DNA from: Paramoeba atlantica
Lineage: Eukaryota > Protista > Discosea
Assembly: GCA_977017575.1 (NCBI GenBank)
Contig: CDRNVI010000053.1
Coordinates: forward strand, 372,001-436,000
DNA length: 64,000 nucleotides
Reading direction: 5' to 3'
The position numbers and the translations under genes were made by a program. The notes beneath the pieces were generated by a model. It was not told the DNA's origin, ran no database searches, and worked only from the letters and a program-made list of their open reading frames with translations. Of the stretch, positions 34,101 to 42,998 are shown in pieces. Numbering within the stretch: the stretch's first letter is position 1; each line of letters opens with the position of its first letter.

Positions 34101-34342
34101 CTGCAGCTCTTCCGTGGATTTCTCCGCAGACTAACGCCACCACTTCTATTCATGAGCTAAAACCTCGAGCTTCCCTCGGTGTCTCTGAGATCGACGCAAC
34201 CAGTTTTCCTTTACCCCCTCGTCGAGAGTACGACACAGACATCACAAATATAAGAAAAGAAATGTCTGATATTACTTCGCAAAGTAAAGAATCGTCTAAA
34301 CTAGTTGAAGAAATGTATCATGATAGCGTGTTTCTTATATGA
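31196..34342 (+). CDS. Large protein with SET-like domain(s) and S-rich tail
   Basis: Clear SET: LRIVPCSAIGDSQKGLMATEYIPYG, IMRYAN...PNA, PVSPGEMILVHSYG. Possible earlier split SET (YGFGLRPSK...TIRDIKKDELIV). The start could instead be ATG 31325. Confidence 0.7.
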   Translation: MNIPTLHTDAIFLSVLLPVSDLIHRRDSENSNDFVAAYHSLYIMGSSQDNEAGNVDSQRSETMYKTLKIKKKCANNDILTVRLFLNVARTPPNTTDHKLGNQQIRKKGKKTTKLYKNSSYTKVQMGCTKTRVLLTGSTATLWNIYPINETEFYVAYSLYFPLSEELYLSRDPESSNVFLTALKAEASVFSFQHGRFGPTLSTLSSDGITHYGFGLRPSKILEIENARSVPSSSYSGELSLENIEAHVNSVICFVPTESCLVTFVSHKTNFERFSALHPKDSQHYTDDSGNPFFYFGKPLLLEAQKLEFETSKLLKRSLSLKRKKIENNGKAEQWKARDQIRVGTVLATEQNKFYSLFFPEIRYEGDCDDRSNELPHTSTDSSANALETSVRLGHPYRSFALKFIFTIRDIKKDELIVVVQAPDLGFDSDVTIPDMVECTEWPRGEPYYHGIGKHTCGAPILSPPLNRLRIVPCSAIGDSQKGLMATEYIPYGVVFPYGGEISDKVSPYSWATSDGTHIVGGNIMRYANTYHGLSQSPNAVLLDISVYHPDGSFSAVPCVALISPVSPGEMILVHSYGRDADFEVMRKMLCDNEYLPLSQFPSQMLLPGMEAMDNWYLPGDVIAVISQKNSPKSNTRFQIYTIHQIYQDRTVSAFRLQVKPGSLVDFFLRRGSKPVSLSLDEAILLIPDEDYEVTQKQHSFYSNTCRDITPPPASRSVDNQKNRSIRKMTSPWKTVSPGSKLQCRGPIDELLMENCAHTEYITDTYRKEKKTEIFAVRLNHMVATHIHSQGRTSDVKLNANELDEVRESERIGTFTSSAKIRPSVDPSILKHENDAEHLGNDDNGSRSAKRYLPLASSIFKSPSILKSSSFCVRSANHTPLSLLSSPSHYISQSRDHDTVDRKSHNCELTQILFETDDMKFSSLTPRSKIGIQRSSISSSKSILLPTEYPHPSDAIQEHSITISLPNGPTAALPWISPQTNATTSIHELKPRASLGVSEIDATSFPLPPRREYDTDITNIRKEMSDITSQSKESSKLVEEMYHDSVFLI

Positions 34343-34691
34343 CTTTTTTCTGGAAAAATATTGTGAGCTACTTACAGGAAATTAGCCTTTCGTATAAGTA
34401 GCACTTACGTGTAATTACATTTAGTTGTTGTTAGTGTACTATAATATACACTGTAGTTATACAGCTGTTAGTGTGAATAAGCTATTATGAATTCGCCAAA
34501 AGTAAGAAATACGAAACGTTCTTCTGTACTATGAACGCTTTTTAGTTTTAAAATATATTCAAAACCCTCAATTTTATGAATGAAAATGAAAAAAACGTGC
34601 AGTGGATTTAGAAGGGGTAGGAAAAAGAGCTAAGTTCTTTACTTCTTTTTTAGTTGTTTTCCCTTCAACTATTTCTCAAATTTTACTAAGG

Positions 34692-35648
34692 ATGTCGTCG
34701 CTGGAGCAACTGAAGTCTAGCACTCGCGTAATAGCGGACACAGCCAACTTTACTCTACTCGAACAGTACAAGCCGTTCGGAGCCACGACCAACCCGTCAC
34801 TCATCTTACAGTGTGTGAATCTTGAAGAAAATGCCCTACTCGTACGTACGGCTGTGGACTACGCCCAGCGTAACTCTCCTGCTTCGGTTGTTGAAACATC
34901 ACTTGATAAACTAACAGTGCTTTTCGGGTGTAAAATTTTGCAAAAGATCTCCGGACGCGTCAGTACGGAGGTCGACGCAAAGCTCAGTTTTTCAACAGAA
35001 AAATCAGTGGCGAAGGCACGACAACTCATTGCGATGTATGAGGAGGAAGGGGTGTCCCGTGATCGCGTGTATATTAAGCTCGCTGCCACGTGGGAGGGCA
35101 TCCAAGCCGCCCGGGTATTAGAATCTGATGGTATTGCCTGCAACATGACGTTGTTGTTTTCTTTTGCTCAAGCTGTGGCGTGTGCCCAAGCCCGGGTGAG
35201 CCTGATCTCGCCTTTCGTCGGTCGAATTCTGGACTGGTTTAAGAAGCATGAAGGCCGAGAATCTTATCCCGCCAATGAGGACCCCGGAGTTTTGCGGGTA
35301 ACAAAAATCTACAACTACTTTAAGGCACATAATTACGAAACCATTGTTATGGGGGCTAGTTTTCGCAACACGGAGGAGATAATTCAGTTAGCTGGTTGCG
35401 ATTATTTAACCATTTCGCCCGCATTGTTGAAAGCCTTAGACGGAATGGACAAACCAGTACCCAGATTGTTGTCTGTCCAGGAAGCAAAAATGAAGGCAGA
35501 TCCTTTAATCCAAAGTTTTCTCACACAGGATGACTTTTTGTTTCTTCATAACGAGGATGCAATGGCGTCGGAGAAGTTAGCTGAGGGCATTCGTTTGTTT
35601 AATCGCGATGCTAGAAAAGTTGAAGAGGTTATTCAAAAATTTCTGTGA
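34692..35648 (+). CDS. TAL1: Transaldolase
   Basis: VIADT, ATTNPSLIL, GRVSTEVDAKLSF, YIKLAATWEG, CNMTLLFS, ISPFVGRILDW, VMGASFRN. ATG is 34692. Confidence 0.97.
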   Translation: MSSLEQLKSSTRVIADTANFTLLEQYKPFGATTNPSLILQCVNLEENALLVRTAVDYAQRNSPASVVETSLDKLTVLFGCKILQKISGRVSTEVDAKLSFSTEKSVAKARQLIAMYEEEGVSRDRVYIKLAATWEGIQAARVLESDGIACNMTLLFSFAQAVACAQARVSLISPFVGRILDWFKKHEGRESYPANEDPGVLRVTKIYNYFKAHNYETIVMGASFRNTEEIIQLAGCDYLTISPALLKALDGMDKPVPRLLSVQEAKMKADPLIQSFLTQDDFLFLHNEDAMASEKLAEGIRLFNRDARKVEEVIQKFL

Positions 35649-36153
35649 ACATATATTTTAGGTGCGATGAGATTCCAGATAACCCCTTGATGTGATAACC
35701 CGAGATTTAAGAGATGCATAATCTTCAGTTCTGAGCAGAATCAACGATTTCAGTGGGCTAGTATTGGGTATATTGGGCGTTGTTGCCTTTTTTCAATTGA
35801 GTACGCTCCAAATTCATACGCGTGCCATTGTTTATGTGTAGGGAAATCTACACCATGTAAGCTTGTACTCTGCAATTTCGTTTACTCGCATTGAGAACGT
35901 GCAATGTACTCGACTATTTCTCATGTAATAGTGGAGGGTGCAGACTTCATACAATGTACATCGAGTAATACGATTGGATTTTCTTTGACTCTCTGGGCGA
36001 AATAATTCTATGGAAGGAATAATTTATGTACATTTAAGAATGACAAAGTCATGAGATACATTTACGTTTCTGCTCTCGCTCTGTCCATGATATACCATTT
36101 GTGAAGTATTCTGCTTCTAATTTTTTAGTTCGAGTGTTTAATATTTTTCTGTA

Positions 36154-36612
36154 ATGAAATGCTCCAAAGAAGATTCCACGTCGGCAAATGATTCGAATCC
36201 AACTGTTTGTGAGGAATTCGATGACGAAATTCTTTCCCAAAGAATCCTGTCCGAGAGTACATTGGAAGAAGTTGAAAGCATTCTACAGAACAATGAGCAA
36301 AAAATGGAATCCCTTCAAAGTGAGATACAAAGCCTTGTCTATCAAAATTACGATGGATTCATCGAGATATCCGACGTTTTATCAGAGATAGCTGATTTGG
36401 CTCTAAAAATTGATGGCGAGGTCGTCTCTATGAAAGAATCTGTGAAAGAAATTTTTAATGGGGTTGGAAATCTTGAAAACGTGGTAAAAGGTCACGCAAA
36501 CGACTTACATCAGGACAACAAGAATTTTACTATTGAGCCGAAAACGGAGCCTGATTCCGACACCGGCGATCAAGGGATACACGTAGAAATACAAGAAGAG
36601 TTAAACTCATGA
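36154..36612 (+). CDS. Short Vps51/Vps67-domain protein (CATCHR N-terminal coiled coil)
   Basis: LQSEIQSLVYQNYDGFIEISDVL matches the Vps51/Exo84/COG-type N-terminal motif. Only 152 aa. Confidence 0.65.
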   Translation: MKCSKEDSTSANDSNPTVCEEFDDEILSQRILSESTLEEVESILQNNEQKMESLQSEIQSLVYQNYDGFIEISDVLSEIADLALKIDGEVVSMKESVKEIFNGVGNLENVVKGHANDLHQDNKNFTIEPKTEPDSDTGDQGIHVEIQEELNS

Positions 36613-36774
36613 AATTGGCTTTCTCTAGTCCAGGCGAAATCTGATGCTGTCCTGTCTCACAGCTGCCCTACTCCATACACTCTGTCACAACCGAACTCAC
36701 GTTCCGACGTGCGTAACATGTGAAAACATGTCTGCAGCAGAATACACAATATAGAAAATCTAGAGCTCTACATA

Positions 36775-38334
36775 CAGGGGTGCAAATCAGATGCTGGAGG
36801 GGGGGGTCTAAAATTAGCAATGTTTGCGCAATTTTGAAAAATAATAGCGCATTCGAGAGCTCTCGCAGAGATCTATGTATTTGGATAGGCGGTTTCCCGG
36901 GGTGTAACGGGGTGGTCAACTGAGGAGAAGCCCAAAAACGTCAAAATGCAAAAAATGAAAGAAAAATTTTGTACGTTCAATAATTACAACTTTCCCCTTT
37001 TTTTCTACTACTATGTCGAAACGCCGCGGAATGCTGTTTAAAGTGTTTATGAGCATGTCATGACCATCTGTTTTAATGTAATCAACCGCCTTTTCAATAG
37101 AATACAAAAGTTCAGTCCTATTTTCTGGGTTTGTACCATCTTTAATAAAGGTGTCCATGATGTCCCAAATGTTTTCAATAGGGTTAAGATCTGGGGATTT
37201 TGGGGGAAAGTCTAAAACAAAGACTTGGTTTTCTCGAAAGGTTTTAAAGGTGCCATTGTGACAAGGAGCATTACCCATGGCAACTCTAGTACCGCTATGA
37301 CGCTTCAAGTAACTTAAGAAACCTCCCCTTTTTGTCATAGCTGCTTTAAAAACATTTGAAGTAATCGTAACTTTCCCATTTCTGTCCCTGTTGGGAAAGA
37401 TGTGATAAAAAACTCCATAAATAAGGCTTATACCCATCCAAACGTTTACTCCATCCCCCCCAAACCATTTTTGCGCAGCTTTTAGGGGTGGCTTGGGGGG
37501 TCACTCGCTCGGCAAATGTAAGAACGGCTTTCGCACCCAAGTTGACAAGTGAACTTTTTTTCGTCACACCAAATAATGTGACGAAGCTGTGCGACGGACC
37601 ACTTCTGCATTTTCAGTGCAAATGTTAGTCGCTTGGCCTTGTGAACTTCAGTTAAGAACAGGCCTTTAGTAAAAGATCGTTGGATCATCCCTTCGTCCTT
37701 CAAAAAATTTACTAGGGTCGGCCTGCTGCAGGAGAAACCACTTTTCCTAACCTCTCGAAGAATAAAACTCCACGAGGGACAACCTCGCGCACTTGTCGCG
37801 TTGGACGCGTCAATAATTTCGCGGCATGCCTCAAGAAGCTCCGGCGTTGTCACAGTGCGTTCGCGAGGAGGCGTAGCACGTTCAACATCCCCGGTTTCCT
37901 CAAATCGCTTAACCCACAACTTAACAGTGCTGTCGTGGACGCCTTGTCTTTAGCAAGTGGCACTGTAAGAGTTTGTATTCTCGTAATCTTTAGCGAGAAG
38001 CATCCTGTGTGAATATTTTGTGTGCCCCGGGGGTTCATGTGATCTATCAGATAAGCTTTTACTGTTTTGCTTAGAGAGGGATCGCTTTTGCGGCATAATA
38101 GTGAGCTGAAAAACAAAAAAACACGGAAAAATCTGCAAAAATTGAAAAATCTGCAACGTTTAGGGGGGTAAAAAACCTTTAAAAAAATATCTTTTTCAAA
38201 TTTGTTTTCTTTTAACGTGATAATAGCGCCGAAACATAGATCTCTGCAAGAGCTCTCGAATGCGCTATTATTTTTCAAAATTGCGCAAACATTGCTAATT
38301 TTAGACCCCCCCCAGCATCTGATTTGCACCCCTG
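36775..38334 (-). mobile_element. Full-length Tc1-like DNA transposon (1560 bp) with a disabled transposase
   Basis: About 100-bp TIRs starting CAGGGGTGCAAATCAGATGCTGG, TA on both flanks. Minus-strand transposase: HTH region, IIWCDEKKF, VAMGNAPCH, PPKSPDLNPIENIW. Lesions: TAA at 37950-37952, a frameshift near 37490, second catalytic D changed to G. Confidence 0.95.
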
Positions 38335-38696
38335 TATATTTACACATGTATTTACATGTATATTGAACGTAGTGGAAATTAACTGAATGTAGATTAATAC
38401 TGGATTGTCAGCAACATAAGAGTGTTTGACAGGTACATGGAAAGATCACATCACTTTGCATTCTTACAGCGTGGATTCGCGGCTTAGCCATCGCATAGGA
38501 GAGGGTTCAGTTCAGAAAGATATTGTGTATGATTGACAGCTATCTTCCGATGTTGGACATGCACAGAATCGCACAAATAACCCATATCATCCTATATAAA
38601 GAGTAGCAAAAATATTAGTCTATTTATTACCTGGTTTTGTTCTTTTGTTGGATAGTTTTCCATTTTACTGTCGTAGTGCTGTATTCAGTCTATAAA

Positions 38697-39188
38697 ATGC
38701 GGAAAATCACCGCCCCACTTCTGGAAATTACTGAATTTTTCGTGCATAAGAGCGCAGTATACAGTATTAATGTTTTTAATATGATTTCCACTACCCTAAC
38801 AGTTCGGCGAGCAAGAAAGACTAAATTACATCGAAAAATGAAACGATCACAAGATGACTTAGATGAAAATTTAGGAAAGGTGGAAAACCGACTCTTCACG
38901 AAAGTCAGACACGCGGTAGAAACCAAAGTTCACATACCCCCTGAAGTTCTGAGAGGTATAATTACACCAGAATTACGTGCCTTAGAGGCGGACCTTTGTG
39001 GACATGAGCTTCAATCATCAAGCGCTGATTTAAGTAGTGTACCAACAGTGTATGTTGATGATAGCTCACCAAAGAATTACGCCATTCCAAGACGAATGAT
39101 AAGGAGACGGAGAAATCTCTCTTGGCTACGGCTTCGAAATAAGAGATACACTGTTAAAGATGCACTAGGCTCTTTCAAAACTTTATGA
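38697..39188 (+). CDS. Hypothetical basic protein (possibly mitochondrial ribosomal)
   Basis: ATG 38697. Arg/Lys-rich segments TVRRARKTKLHRKMKR and RRMIRRRRNLSWLRLRNKRY. No family assigned. Confidence 0.55.
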   Translation: MRKITAPLLEITEFFVHKSAVYSINVFNMISTTLTVRRARKTKLHRKMKRSQDDLDENLGKVENRLFTKVRHAVETKVHIPPEVLRGIITPELRALEADLCGHELQSSSADLSSVPTVYVDDSSPKNYAIPRRMIRRRRNLSWLRLRNKRYTVKDALGSFKTL

Positions 39189-39391
39189 ACATTTTCTATA
39201 ACGAAGTCCATATGAGCGTCTAATACATTTGAAAGCAACGAAATAAATCCAATGGTACATCCCTCATAATGACCCTACTAACTCTCTTAAAAACTAATGT
39301 ATTGCGGGACAACGTACACGTATTAAAGAAAAGCCTTTTTCACGCAAAAACATTTTTTTATTCCATGAAATCTTGACTTTGATCTAGCATA

Positions 39392-40759
39392 ATGCGTGGT
39401 AAAAACTTTTATCAGTTCCTTCAACGCTCGGCACATGCAAACAAATGCATCAAGTCTGCACCTACGTCTATACCAGCAGTCTTTTCCAACGTACCTCCTG
39501 TTTCTCTATATAGATCCACCGGAAGATTGTGTTCTGTTTCGAAAAAGAATGCTCTCTTTTCAATAAAGACAGATTCTAGCACAATTGCATCTTTGCCCGC
39601 AATGGTTCGCTGCACGAAATGTGGACGACGTTTCACCACTCGGCAGGAACTTGAAACACATACTTATCGTAGTCATCCGCCAAGAACTCGGGCCGAACCT
39701 TCTACCGCTAAAGCTCAGGAAATTGTTTTCAAAAAAGAGCAGGAAGCAGGCACCACTTCGCATTCTACCGTTGCTAACAATAGCACGACCACCTCCACTT
39801 CAGTACTGAATCGTGTGACATCAGTTCCAGATTTAAACGCGGCAAATGAGAGCGTGAAGCCAGCGAAAACGTCTTCTTCCAAAGATGGTAACACTTGCAT
39901 TTTGTGCAATTTGCCGAATTCAAGCCACGAAGAGTTAAGCATACATAAAAAATCAATTGAACACCGCAACACTGCGCGCGATTACTTTGGTGGAGAGCAT
40001 ATTCTTAATTCGGATGGAGATATCGATGGACCATCTGAACTGGTTCAAGAGTTATTGCAGAAGATTCAACAAAGGAGGGTCCTTGAAAAAGAACTTTCGG
40101 AGTTGAGCACTGAAATTGGCGAGCGAAGTGCTGAAACACCTTCTCGTGTTGCGACGGATCTCTCACAAACTACAACTCCTCTGATGGGAATACCACTTTC
40201 GTATCCGTATAAGTTTGTGCCAGATTTTTCGCGAAGCCTGACCTCTGATAAGCCCAATGTAGATGTTACCAAGGAGTCTGCATCCTCCGAAGGGAGCTGC
40301 ACCAGTCCGGGCACTGTAGACAAAAAGGACACATCCAGATTTACCAGCTTCGTGAATACGGCAACTCTTATTGGCACTGTACATCGACAGATACTTTGCA
40401 GTTTTCGCGGTGGCGAGCCCTCAGCGAAGTTTTACGTACTCGTGCGCAGAAGTGTTTTGTCGTCAGGTCTTTCAGATGAATCATCGGAGGAAGCTCAACG
40501 CAAAGCATGCGCTGAAAACGCGTCGCTCCCCCGAGTTATTGAAGAAGAAAGCTTCACGGTCGAATGCCGCGGAGAGCGTTGGTGCAAGCTCGTACAAAAC
40601 TGTCTGTTTAGCGGAGTACTTGTTCATATACAGGGCCGACTTTCTATGCGTCCCCAGTTCCATGAAGAAGATGCCACTTACACTTACAACGCTGTTGTAG
40701 AAGTGAATCAGTGCGAAGGCATAGTAACCGTATTGATGACGAGTGAACCAACAACCTAG
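39392..40759 (+). CDS. RNA editing core complex KREPA-family subunit (2 C2H2 zinc fingers plus C-terminal OB fold)
   Basis: CTKCGRRF...LETHTYRSH and CILC...LSIHKKSIEH. OB fold: VNTATLIGTV...FTVECRG...VHIQGRLSMRPQF...VVEV...GIV, as in KREPA1-3. Paralog not resolved. Confidence 0.8.
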   Translation: MRGKNFYQFLQRSAHANKCIKSAPTSIPAVFSNVPPVSLYRSTGRLCSVSKKNALFSIKTDSSTIASLPAMVRCTKCGRRFTTRQELETHTYRSHPPRTRAEPSTAKAQEIVFKKEQEAGTTSHSTVANNSTTTSTSVLNRVTSVPDLNAANESVKPAKTSSSKDGNTCILCNLPNSSHEELSIHKKSIEHRNTARDYFGGEHILNSDGDIDGPSELVQELLQKIQQRRVLEKELSELSTEIGERSAETPSRVATDLSQTTTPLMGIPLSYPYKFVPDFSRSLTSDKPNVDVTKESASSEGSCTSPGTVDKKDTSRFTSFVNTATLIGTVHRQILCSFRGGEPSAKFYVLVRRSVLSSGLSDESSEEAQRKACAENASLPRVIEEESFTVECRGERWCKLVQNCLFSGVLVHIQGRLSMRPQFHEEDATYTYNAVVEVNQCEGIVTVLMTSEPTT

Positions 40760-41048
40760 ACTTTATGAGATTTCTACAGTTCTGATCATGATTTTTCTGT
40801 CTTGTCGAGCGTCGGTTGGTAATTATTTCGTGCGAATGACAAAAAACTATCGCACATCAATAAAACAATTTTTCGCAAACGGATTCCTTTTTCGGTAAAA
40901 TTAACTGAAGTAAAAGCGCTAATTAGTATTTCACGCTAAAGAAGGTTCCTTTAACATAAACTAGGTCATGTGTCTCTCGTAATTCCTACATTCGGATCTC
41001 TCATCTTGTGTAGATCTCTCCCTATACATTTTACGCACTCTACCTCTT

Positions 41049-42587
41049 ATGTCGAACATACCCTCATATATGAGAGGTACAATGACCTCAAAATGCAAAG
41101 CGCAGGAGCAAAGTTTGCGAAGTAGCACATTACTTGGAAACAACAAGAGGGGAAACAATTCTTTGTCAAGGTCTTTTACCTTCACTCGACCGAACTTTAC
41201 GAAGCCACTTGACGTGCAGCAACAATGCAGTGAACTGAAAACAGGACAAAAGATCGGATTATATCCACTTTCTTCAGAGAGTGACACACGCTATTTTCGT
41301 CGAAGAGGATGTCCCCAAGCGGATGGTATATCGAACTCCGATGCACATCATACAACACATATTCTTGATTCCGGGAAAGCGCCACTTCTGCCCGCATACA
41401 TTGAGTCAACTACTCCTTTACCCGGTGATGTCCCACGAATACAAAGACGTCCTTGTCCTAGAGCCCGAACCACTCCTTGTGCTTCTCTTGTAGAAATTTC
41501 GGAAGGCCTTGCTACGAGCCGTAGTGATAGCTCTACCCATGCCAGCGGCCGCAGGTGCAGTTCCTCGAGCCGCAAGGCCTACTCTAATTTATTGAGCGGT
41601 CCTCCGATCGTTGTTCCCCCCAACAATCATGTGGCTCCGCGTCCATATTGGGTACGTGGAAATGAGACCACACAGTCAGGCATGTCTTGCGGTCGCCGCA
41701 GCGCTCGATCCTGTTCGGTAACTCAAGTCGACACACGTCGGACGCTATTGTGTGGTGAGAGCGGCTCCGTGGGGCCTACCCCAATTCTACCCTCTGTTGG
41801 TCGGCAGGACTCTACCAGTGTCAGCTTACCCGTTCGTACCCACCCTACATGCCGCTCTGCGCGTCAAAACTCCAGTAACCTACTTAATTTCGTCCATGGA
41901 ACGCCGTGCGCCTCGGATTCAACCCCCCGTGGAGGACTCCGTCGCTCCACCTCCATGTCCCAACCCCCTACAGCCCATGTGTTACAACAACACATCGGCA
42001 CCGAACCAGCACATCCCACAAACCCTACAACAGCAGCAGCACCAGCAGCAGCAACTACAGTCTTCACCCCCCTGACACGTCAACCCGTGGCTTCCCACCC
42101 CCAATCCGTACCTTCCCATCACCACCACCATCACCACAACAACAACCCCCTCCTTCCCGGAGCCTCCCCACACGATGATCCCACGCCCCGTCGCTTCTCC
42201 CTTCGCCCCATGTCCGGCCCCCCTCCCTTCACCCCCCCTCCCCTCCCCCCCCTCCGTCTCCCCAACCTGGCCATGAAACGCGCTGCCTCCGCGCGTCGAG
42301 GCGCCAGTGACGTGTTCCATTTCAAGGCGCCAGAGGCCAACACCCGTGACCCGGTGGGGGGACGCGCCACGGGGCGTCGGTCGGTAGCGGGGAGAGGCCA
42401 CGGGGGGAGGGGGGGGGACCCTGGGGTTTCGGGAGGGGGGAGGCACCCGGGGCGGTACAACGGCGCCCCGGCGTTTACGGTGAACCTTCGCTCGTTTACG
42501 ACGTTGGAGCCGTGGGGGAGGGGACGGAAAGAGGTGGGGGGAGGAAAGAGGTGGGGGGAGGGGGGGAAGGCGTATGGGTTTGGGTAG
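41049..42587 (+). CDS. Low-complexity S/R/P/G-rich hypothetical protein
   Basis: 512-aa ATG ORF with recurrent GRR and SNLL motifs and a poly-His run. The 3' part lies in extremely GC-skewed DNA, so the end is uncertain. Confidence 0.55.
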   Translation: MSNIPSYMRGTMTSKCKAQEQSLRSSTLLGNNKRGNNSLSRSFTFTRPNFTKPLDVQQQCSELKTGQKIGLYPLSSESDTRYFRRRGCPQADGISNSDAHHTTHILDSGKAPLLPAYIESTTPLPGDVPRIQRRPCPRARTTPCASLVEISEGLATSRSDSSTHASGRRCSSSSRKAYSNLLSGPPIVVPPNNHVAPRPYWVRGNETTQSGMSCGRRSARSCSVTQVDTRRTLLCGESGSVGPTPILPSVGRQDSTSVSLPVRTHPTCRSARQNSSNLLNFVHGTPCASDSTPRGGLRRSTSMSQPPTAHVLQQHIGTEPAHPTNPTTAAAPAAATTVFTPLTRQPVASHPQSVPSHHHHHHHNNNPLLPGASPHDDPTPRRFSLRPMSGPPPFTPPPLPPLRLPNLAMKRAASARRGASDVFHFKAPEANTRDPVGGRATGRRSVAGRGHGGRGGDPGVSGGGRHPGRYNGAPAFTVNLRSFTTLEPWGRGRKEVGGGKRWGEGGKAYGFG

Positions 42588-42998
42588 AGAAAGGGAGAGG
42601 GAGGGGGAGGGGGGGTAACGTGTAGGGGTAGTGAAAAGCAAAGGTGGGTTTGTTTTTTCTGTGGTTGTTTGGATGGGTAGAATAGAGGAGAGTTGTGAAT
42701 GGCTTGAATGTAGTAATATGGAGTGTATTTATCGTTCTAGATAGTAACTTTTGAAGTGTCAACGGGTATGATGATTCAAGTGATTTCAGAGACGCGCATG
42801 CGGAGTACATTACATGAGTAGTTATGTACATCCTTGAACTGAGTAGCCTACCATTGGAAGTACATGTAGTAGATTCCGCTTGTAAATTACATGTTAACCC
42901 TTATGGACATGGTCATTGTTCGCTTATAAATATTAATAGGCTTTAAATATTAATATATATTCTTATGCTGGCAAATTTAACTTTTCTTTTGAAGACTT

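Noticed and set aside
41982-42641. 219-aa Pro-rich minus-strand ORF and other overlapping ORFs
   Set aside because: An artefact of extreme GC skew suppressing stop codons.
17062-42868. TACATGTA as Tc1 excision footprints (near 17062, 19978, 38353, 42861)
   Set aside because: Four hits against roughly 1-2 expected by chance in this composition. Not distinguishable without empty/filled site comparisons.
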